Part shown: positions 57,412 through 64,000 of the stretch, one piece after another
How the letters are laid out: each line of letters begins with the position of its first letter
Numbering within the stretch: the stretch's first letter is position 1
DNA from: Emiliania huxleyi CCMP1516
Taxonomy: Eukaryota
Direction: 5' to 3'
Length of the DNA stretch: 64,000 nucleotides
NCBI RefSeq assembly: GCF_000372725.1
Contig: NW_005201165.1
Location: 126,853 to 190,852, forward strand
Notes under the pieces: generated by a model
Told to the model about the DNA's origin: nothing
What the model saw: only the letters and a program-made list of their open reading frames with translations
Database searches by the model: none
Program-made: the position numbers and the translations under genes

Positions 57412-57586
57412 TCTGCGTGCGACACGATGGCGACCGATCATCGTGAAGAGTCCCTGTGCGGCGTGATGATGACTAACCCACCACGACGGGTGCACTTTAA
57501 CGCCTTGCCCAGGGCGGCGCCGGCTTGGTAGTTCAAATGTTCCACCAAGCCAGAGCTCTGGTAGTGGGTTGAGGGCGGTAATCACG

Positions 57587-60500
57587 TTACAGCCGCTCGG
57601 GAAGAAGCGTGTTGAGGCAGAAGACGTGCGCGAGTCGATGAAGGAGCGCGTCGCGGCGGCGAGGTGGCGAGGTAGCAGCGGCAGCGGCTTCGGTCGTGGC
57701 GCCATCCGCTATCGGCGGCGAAGCGAGAGTAGAGATGGGATCCGAACCGGGCACCGTCTCGAGCGACACGGCCGAGAGATGCGGAGGCAGTGCGCTCGTG
57801 AAGCCAGCTACCGGCGAATCGGCAGGGGAGATACCGTCGAGCGCGTCAGGCGAGCAGTATGCGGCGGCGGCTCCGGCTGCGGCGTTATCCGCTACTATTG
57901 GCTGATTCGTTCTAGGACTGCCCCGCTTGTGGAGGCCCCAGGTCCTAGGAGTATGCCTTGATCGGCGACGTCGCTCGTATGGCTTGGTGTCATGGCACGC
58001 GCCTTCGGAGTCGATGTTGGGCGCGTCGTGCAGCCTTGCAGATGCAACAGTAACAGCCGCGTCCCCAGGCGACGCATGAAGGTCGCGTGCGACGACTGAG
58101 TCGAGGCCGGGCGGCGGCACGGCGGACGGCGGCGCGAGAGACGAAGCGGGCGAAGGCGGCGACGGCGGCGAGGAGGCCGTACGCGCCGAGGTAGATCCGA
58201 GAGCGGCGTCGCGCACGCCGTCGAGAGTAGCAGCGGCGACGGACACAGCCGCGTCAGTAGGCGACAAACAGATGTCGCGTGAGACGGCTGGTTCGAGGCC
58301 GGGCGGCGGCACGGCGGACGGCGGCGCGAGCGGAGGAGCAGGCGACGACGGCGGCGACGAGGTCGTACGCGCCGAGGTAGATCCGAGAGCGGCGTCGCGC
58401 ACGCCGTCGAGAGTAGCAGCGGCGACGGACACAGCCGCGTCAGTAGGCGACAAACAGATGTCGCGTGAGACGGCTGACTCGTCGGGCGGCGGCACGGCGG
58501 ACGGCGGCGCGAGCGGAGGAGCAGGCGACGACGGCGGCGACGAGGTCGTACGAGCCGAGGTAGATCCGAGGGCGGCGTCGTGCACGCCGTCGAGAGTAGC
58601 AGCGGCGACGGTGGCAGCCGCGTCAGTAGGCGACACACAAAGGTCGCGTGAGACGGCTGACTCGTCGGGCGGCGGCACGGCGGACGGCGGCGCGAGCGGA
58701 GGAGCAGGCGACGACGGCGGCGAGGAAGTCGTACGAGTCGAGGTAGATCCGAGGGCGGCGTCGTGCACGCCGTCGAGAGTAGCAGCGGCGACGGACACAG
58801 CCGCGTCAGTAGGCGACAAACAGATGTCGCGTGAGACGGCTGGTTCGACGGCGGGCGGCGGCACGGCGGATGGCGGCGCGAGCGGAGGAGCAGGCGACGA
58901 CGGCGGCGACGAGGTCGTACGCGCCGAGGTAGATCCGAGAGCGGCGTCGCGCACGCCGTCGAGAGTAGCAGCGGCGACGGACACAGCCGCGTCAGTAGGC
59001 GACAAACAGATGTCGCGTGAGACGGCTGGTTCGAGGCCGGGCGGCGGCACGGCGGATGGCGGCGCGAGCGGAGGAGCAGGCGACGACGGCGGCGACGAGG
59101 TCGTACGCGCCGAGGTAGATCCGAGAGCGGCGTCGCGCACGCCGTCGAGAGTAGCAGCGGCGACGGACACAGCCGCGTCAGTAGGCGACACACAAAGGTC
59201 GCGTGAGACGGCTGACTCGTCGGGCGGCGGCACGGCGGACGGCGCGAGCGGAGGAGCCGATGGCGGGGAGCTCGAGCGGGAGCCGAGCGGAGCGGAGGCA
59301 GCGTCCGGCGCGCCGAGCGACTTCGCACACCCGCTGTAGTACTGGTCCCAGCATCGGTCCCTGTACGCGACCTCGGCTCGTGTCTTGCCGCGCATCAGCC
59401 GTGTGGATGCGCGAGTGAAGACGCCGTACGTCGCGTCAAGAGCCCACGCCTCTCGGTCCTCGCGCACCTCGCGGCATCTGCGGAAACCCCAGCGCTGCCA
59501 GAGCGCGACGCTGCCCAGTTCTGCGGCGATCAAGACCCGCCCACCGTCGGCAATCGCCTTGAGTTCGGTCATCATCGCCTCGCCGATGCCCTGGCCCCGG
59601 AACTCGCGACGAGTCGCAAATGCCGGGCAGTAGAGGTAGTTGAGATGCCTATCAGAGCAGCTGACAAACCAGCATGCAGCGAGGAGTTCCCTCTGCTCGT
59701 TCAACGCGACGAGCATGCGGTAGCCGCGGCGGTACTTCAACACAGCACACAGCACAGTGGGCCACTCGTCGAAGCTCTCCTGCATAAGCTGCTCGACGTC
59801 ACGGACCAGACGTACTGGCGCCTCCTTGCCGAGGATCTCGAAGGTTAAGGAGATGCTCGCCTCCTTGCCAGCAGAGTCGGCGTTGAAGGTGCCGCCTGCC
59901 TTGCCAGCGGCTGCTGCCTCGGCCGCGACATCATCCGTAATCGGAGAGACGAGCGAGGCGTCGGGAGGCGTGCCGGATGCCGGACCGACAGGCGCCAAAA
60001 AATCCGAATCGCTCCCTGCCCTGCCCCCTGCCCTGCAGGCTCCATTCCCCGGCGAGGGGGAGGCGTACGTAGAGTTGACAGTAGCAGCGGTCTCAGCTGC
60101 GACACTAGCCCCAGAGGGCGGGTCGCGTGAGACGGCGGACTGGAAGCTGTGCGGCGGCTCGACTGACGGCTCGACAGTCAGCGAAGCAGGGGAGCTCGGT
60201 CGCGTAGGCGCTGGTGATCGAATGATGTCGAGATAGTTGCGTGCACCGGGCGCGCCTGACTGCGGTAGCGGCACTGGTGCTGGTGGCTGTCCTGCGGCGG
60301 CCAGCAGAGGCGATGGTGGAGGTGATACACCGAGGTTCTGGGCAGGTTCCCGCGCGCCCAAAGCCTCGTCGGGTGTTCGCCCAAGTTCTGTTGATTCGTA
60401 TCGTTGCTGCGTGATGCTCGCGTCCCGCTGCGAGTTCACTGCAATGGAATTGCTCGCTGCCACGGACAATCCAATCCCTTTCGGGTCTGTTGGGGCTTCC

Positions 60501-60841
60501 GTCGGAAAAGAGCTCGCCGGCAGCTCGGCAGAAAGCATCTCAGCTGGCATAGCCCCCTCCCCAACGGAGCCAGGCGGCGATGACTTGTCAAGTACATCGA
60601 TGCCGCCCTTGGGCTCGGTGTTGCCACCAAGCCTGCCCAACGTGGTGTCGTGGGGATTGGAGTGGTCTGACCAGCAAGAAGACGGGTCGAGGCCCTCCGT
60701 AGGCTCGTGAGGCGTCCCTCGTCCCTCTTCAATAGAGGGATAGGCATCTGGACCCAACGGTTGGTGCCCAGCAGGTGTGAGTGGTGAGCCGCGTGCGCGG
60801 CTCTGCTGTACTGGTGATCGCGGGTGAGGCTGCAAAGCCAT
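57587..60841 (-). CDS. LTR-element ORF (1084 aa): disordered N-terminus, GNAT acetyltransferase domain, ~6 tandem 61/62-aa Ser/Pro/Ala repeats
   Basis: ATG lies inside the right-hand LTR and the frame is uninterrupted. GNAT motif A 'FATRREFRGQGIGEAMM' and motif B 'SVALWQRWGF' at ~59630-59480. Confidence 0.8.
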   Translation of the reverse strand: MALQPHPRSPVQQSRARGSPLTPAGHQPLGPDAYPSIEEGRGTPHEPTEGLDPSSCWSDHSNPHDTTLGRLGGNTEPKGGIDVLDKSSPPGSVGEGAMPAEMLSAELPASSFPTEAPTDPKGIGLSVAASNSIAVNSQRDASITQQRYESTELGRTPDEALGAREPAQNLGVSPPPSPLLAAAGQPPAPVPLPQSGAPGARNYLDIIRSPAPTRPSSPASLTVEPSVEPPHSFQSAVSRDPPSGASVAAETAATVNSTYASPSPGNGACRAGGRAGSDSDFLAPVGPASGTPPDASLVSPITDDVAAEAAAAGKAGGTFNADSAGKEASISLTFEILGKEAPVRLVRDVEQLMQESFDEWPTVLCAVLKYRRGYRMLVALNEQRELLAACWFVSCSDRHLNYLYCPAFATRREFRGQGIGEAMMTELKAIADGGRVLIAAELGSVALWQRWGFRRCREVREDREAWALDATYGVFTRASTRLMRGKTRAEVAYRDRCWDQYYSGCAKSLGAPDAASAPLGSRSSSPPSAPPLAPSAVPPPDESAVSRDLCVSPTDAAVSVAAATLDGVRDAALGSTSARTTSSPPSSPAPPLAPPSAVPPPGLEPAVSRDICLSPTDAAVSVAAATLDGVRDAALGSTSARTTSSPPSSPAPPLAPPSAVPPPAVEPAVSRDICLSPTDAAVSVAAATLDGVHDAALGSTSTRTTSSPPSSPAPPLAPPSAVPPPDESAVSRDLCVSPTDAAATVAAATLDGVHDAALGSTSARTTSSPPSSPAPPLAPPSAVPPPDESAVSRDICLSPTDAAVSVAAATLDGVRDAALGSTSARTTSSPPSSPAPPLAPPSAVPPPGLEPAVSRDICLSPTDAAVSVAAATLDGVRDAALGSTSARTASSPPSPPSPASSLAPPSAVPPPGLDSVVARDLHASPGDAAVTVASARLHDAPNIDSEGACHDTKPYERRRRSRHTPRTWGLHKRGSPRTNQPIVADNAAAGAAAAYCSPDALDGISPADSPVAGFTSALPPHLSAVSLETVPGSDPISTLASPPIADGATTEAAAAATSPPRRRDALLHRLAHVFCLNTLLPERL

Positions 60842-61277
60842 CCTCGATCCGGGTGCCGTCTCAGACGACTGTAGATTGGTATAAGGTATAAGGAACTCGT
60901 ATCCGAGTGGTTAAAGGGAATGGCGTGGTGTCACGCCGGGTTGTGTGTGTCACATGACACAAAGAGGTCGACTGTCTCGCGGCGCGGCGGCCCCACGAGA
61001 AGCAGTCAGAGACTATTACGTGCCAATATTTGGGCGCCTATTCGGCGCCCGACGGAGGTGCCAATTAGGGATCTAGGTGGCGTGACGTGCCACTGCACAG
61101 GGTGTGGGAATATAGGGATATAGGTAGACTATTCATCACTGTGGGGGGGGAGAGTGTGATAATAGGGGTGCTGGGGTGGGGCTGGTGGAGGTGATTCTCC
61201 GGGTCAGTCTGAAGGTCATTCTCCACCACCTCCTGCGACAGTGTGGGCCCCGAGTTTGAAAAGGGCGACGGACACGC

Positions 61278-64000
61278 TTGCGTCCTAGCCTCCAACAACG
61301 CCTCCCCGGCGCAGAGGGGCCCCGGAGGGATGCTCAACCGCTCCACGCCACGCCGCTTGCGGCGGTCCTATTCCCAGCCAGCTCCGCAGAGCTGCTGCGT
61401 GAGTTTTGTCGCAGATTTGTGTCGCACACCCCTCTCGCCGTGTACACACGGCGTCCTGAGATGCTCCCTGCGCTGCGTGCCGCCTACGCCGCGCACATCA
61501 CGGACCTAGACGCGTCCTCGGCGGAGGATGCCAAGCCGGTGCCGATCTCGCACACGCTGCTCGGCGTCGCCGGCGGCCTGCGCTCCAGCATAGCGGCCAC
61601 AGGGTGGACCGAGGGGGACTTGCACTCCTCCGTGGTCCTGCTCTCGCGTCTGCCGCCGGGCGACGCCCTCTCCCGCCTCACGCTCCTCTCCTTCCTCGCG
61701 GTGCCTCAGTGGCGCGAGTTTGCCGCCCACTGCGCACGCAACTTGCAGGCGCAGCTGGGCCCCCTCTCAGACCGGCGCAAGGAGCTCCTCCTGGCGGCGT
61801 GGCTCTCGTTCGCCCTCGCCGTGCTGGCGGAGCCATCGCTGCGGGCCGCCGCCGACCTTCCCTTCCGGCACCTCGCAGAGGATGGCGAGGCCGTGCGCCG
61901 CACTCTCCCGTACGAGGCTTCGCAGACCGTCGCTCCGCTCGCGAGGCGACTCGTCTCTTCGATCAGCGCGCACGGGCCGCCCCGCTCCGGGGCGGCCTCG
62001 CCGCTGCCTCGCTCGGGCACCGCCTCGCCGCTGCCCGGCGCGGCGGCCAACGGCGCCGTCTCCCTCTCTGCCGCCGCCGCCGCCGCCAGCGACAGCGCCG
62101 CCCGCGGCGCGGCGCTGCCGTTACTGCCTCGGACCGAGGAGCTGCGATGGGGGGGCGCCGACCCTCCCCCGAACCGCACGGTCGGATCGTACGCGTCACG
62201 GGAGGAGTACATCCGCACCCACTTCTCGCTGCTGCGCGAGGACTTTGTGCGCCCGCTGCGCGACGCCATCGGCACCGTGCGGCGGGGCGAGGCGCTCCTG
62301 CGCGAGAGCGAGGCTGCACGAGGGCGTGAGGAAGCCTCTTCAACGTGCCTCGGTCTGAACAGGCTCCGCCGCGCGAGGTGAGGCTGCACAAGGGCGTGCG
62401 GATCGAGGGGACGCACATCGGAGAGCCGGGCGGTGTCCTCCACCGCCTCGTCCTCCCGACGGTCGGGCGCCGCCGCGGAGCCGGCGGCAAGCTTTCTAGT
62501 TTTGAGAGCGCGTTTGCACTCTCTTAGGCGGGCGCCGCCGAGGAGTCCGGCCTCATCAACGGCTCCCTCGTCGCTCTCTCGTCGGACGGGTGGGAGTCGT
62601 GCCGCTGCGCCGTCGTTGCCAAGCGCGGCGCTGCGCGGGGGCGCGGCGACCCAGCCGCGGAGAGTGACTCGAGTCACCGGGTCACCGACGTAGGCGCGAG
62701 GCTGCGCGGCAGCGGAACGACGGTTCGCTCTTCGTCGCATTCCAGCGCGACGGCGCCGGCGCCGACGCGAATTCGCTCGGCGCCGCGGTCGAGGACGCGG
62801 CGTACGCGTGTGAGCTCGCCGTCGCGTCTAACGCCGTCTACGAGATGCTCGAGCCTGGCGCCTACTGGGGCGCCTACCGGCCCGTGCTCGCCGCGCTGCA
62901 AGCGGCGGCGGCGGACACTTCGGGCGCTGCCTCCCGCCCGAGAAGCGCGCCTTGGCAACAAGAGGCGCCATCCACGCGGTGTGTGCTGTGAGCAGGCTTG
63001 CCCCTCGAGTCGGTGCTGCTGCGCGCCGAGGCGTGCGACGCGCCGCCAGACTTCGTCTCGCGCGGCGCGCGCAACTTCGACGTGCGGTGCGTGTTTCGCC
63101 CTCCGCTTCGTCCGGCAGGAGACCGCCAAAGATGGTGTGAACTTTACCGGGGCTGGTCTGCTCGTAGGCCGATCTTCAACGAGACGCCGCAGGAGGAGGG
63201 CATGCTCGTGGACGTGTGTTGTCCGTGGGAGCGAGCGAGCGGCGGCGGCGAGTTGGCCGGCACCTCCCTCGACGAGTTCCAGCTCCGCGCCACAAAGGCG
63301 CTGCTCTCGCACCGCTTCGGGCTCGTGCAAGGCCCTCCCGGCACCGGCAAGACTTTCGTCGGGCTGATGGTCGTCCGCACGCTGCTACGCAACGCGGCTC
63401 TATGGTCCGAAGAGGCCGCCGAGGCGCGCAGGGCTGCGCTGGCGGCGGCCGAGGCGGCGCCCGCGACAGCCGCGGCGTCTGCTTCGCCCGCGGCCCCGGC
63501 GGCGGCTTCAGACGGCAGCGTGAGCGCTGCGCGTGAGAGCGCGGCGCTGCAGGTCGTGGGAGCGCGTGAGGCGGTGGCGGATGGGTCGGTTGACTGACTG
63601 ATAATCCGGTTCATCACATGCAGGCGGTGGAGCGCATGAGGCGGCGCGCGGCGGCAGCGGCCGCGGCGGCGGGCGGCGGGGCGGACGCCGCTGCGGCGGC
63701 GGCGGCGGCGGATGAGGCCGCGGCGGGCGGTGGTGCGTCGCCGGCAGCCGCAAGCCGCAAGCGCGCCGTCGTCGACAGCGACGACGAGGAGGAGGAGAGT
63801 GGCGGTCGGGCGGCCAAGGCCGCGAGAAAGGAGCAGGACGGCGGCAGCTCCGGCCCCGCGGCCGGCGAGGGCGGCGGCGGCGCAGGCCCGCCGGCGCTTC
63901 ATCGGGTGGAGAGCCGGATGCTGTCTCGCGAGGAGGAGGTGGAGGCGACGCGAGAGACGCTGCTCTCGCCAAAGGTGTCTGGCGCGCGGCCGGACGGCGT
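61278..64000 (+). CDS. ZNFX1: ZNFX1/NFX1-type UPF1-like SF1 RNA helicase, 5' part (continues beyond the window), multi-exon
   Basis: 'GSYASREEYIRTHFSLLREDFVRPLRDAI', 'RLINGSLVALSSD', 'AYRPVLAALQ', 'LDEFQ...GLVQGPPGTGKTFVGLMVVRTLLRN'. Start codon uncertain. Confidence 0.8.

Larger units (their letters stand above)
55880..61240 (-). mobile_element. Non-autonomous LTR element (LTRs 55880-56477 and 60646-61240) lacking gag/pol
   Basis: 598/595-bp direct repeats with TGTCG...CGACA termini; by eye they differ by 2 substitutions and 2 small indels. Flanks are GAGTG / GTGTG (5-bp TSD with one mismatch). Confidence 0.92.

Noticed and set aside
54403..60841. LTR-element GNAT as a captured copy of neighbouring NAA50
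   Set aside because: They share only the generic acetyl-CoA-binding motif; the sequences are otherwise dissimilar, so adjacency looks coincidental.

Overview
GC-rich, intron-rich eukaryotic genomic DNA with two 100-N scaffold gaps (11787-11886, 35655-35754). The high GC, short introns with many GC (and apparently GA) donors and CGAGAT-type intronic micro-repeats suggest a haptophyte such as Emiliania/Gephyrocapsa huxleyi (inference only). Recognisable host genes: RAP-domain protein, receptor-like TKL kinase, FZR1/CDH1, GCP2, two RING-H2 proteins, a PDZ-containing membrane protein, DNALI1 (p28), an SLC52-like transporter, a GBF1-type ARF-GEF, a CREST-like membrane protein, an NCS2/AzgA-like permease, METTL16, NAA50 and the 5' part of a ZNFX1-like helicase. 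Two mobile elements stand out. (1) A 5'-truncated non-LTR-type retroelement (6711-9555) has an exact 10-bp TSD and a (TTTA)n tail, and encodes RNase H and a zinc knuckle preceded by a family-A/TV-Pol-like polymerase palm fragment rather than RT motifs. Short relatives of its 3' end recur in the window, including a tandem stack separated by a thrice-repeated 12-bp target. (2) A young LTR element (55880-61240, LTRs ~99% identical) has no gag/pol and instead carries a 1084-codon ORF with a GNAT acetyltransferase resembling IDM1/GCN5-type HATs plus two tandem arrays; it sits just upstream of the ZNFX1-like gene. Exon boundaries are estimated by eye, and all family assignments rest on motif recognition, not database searches.
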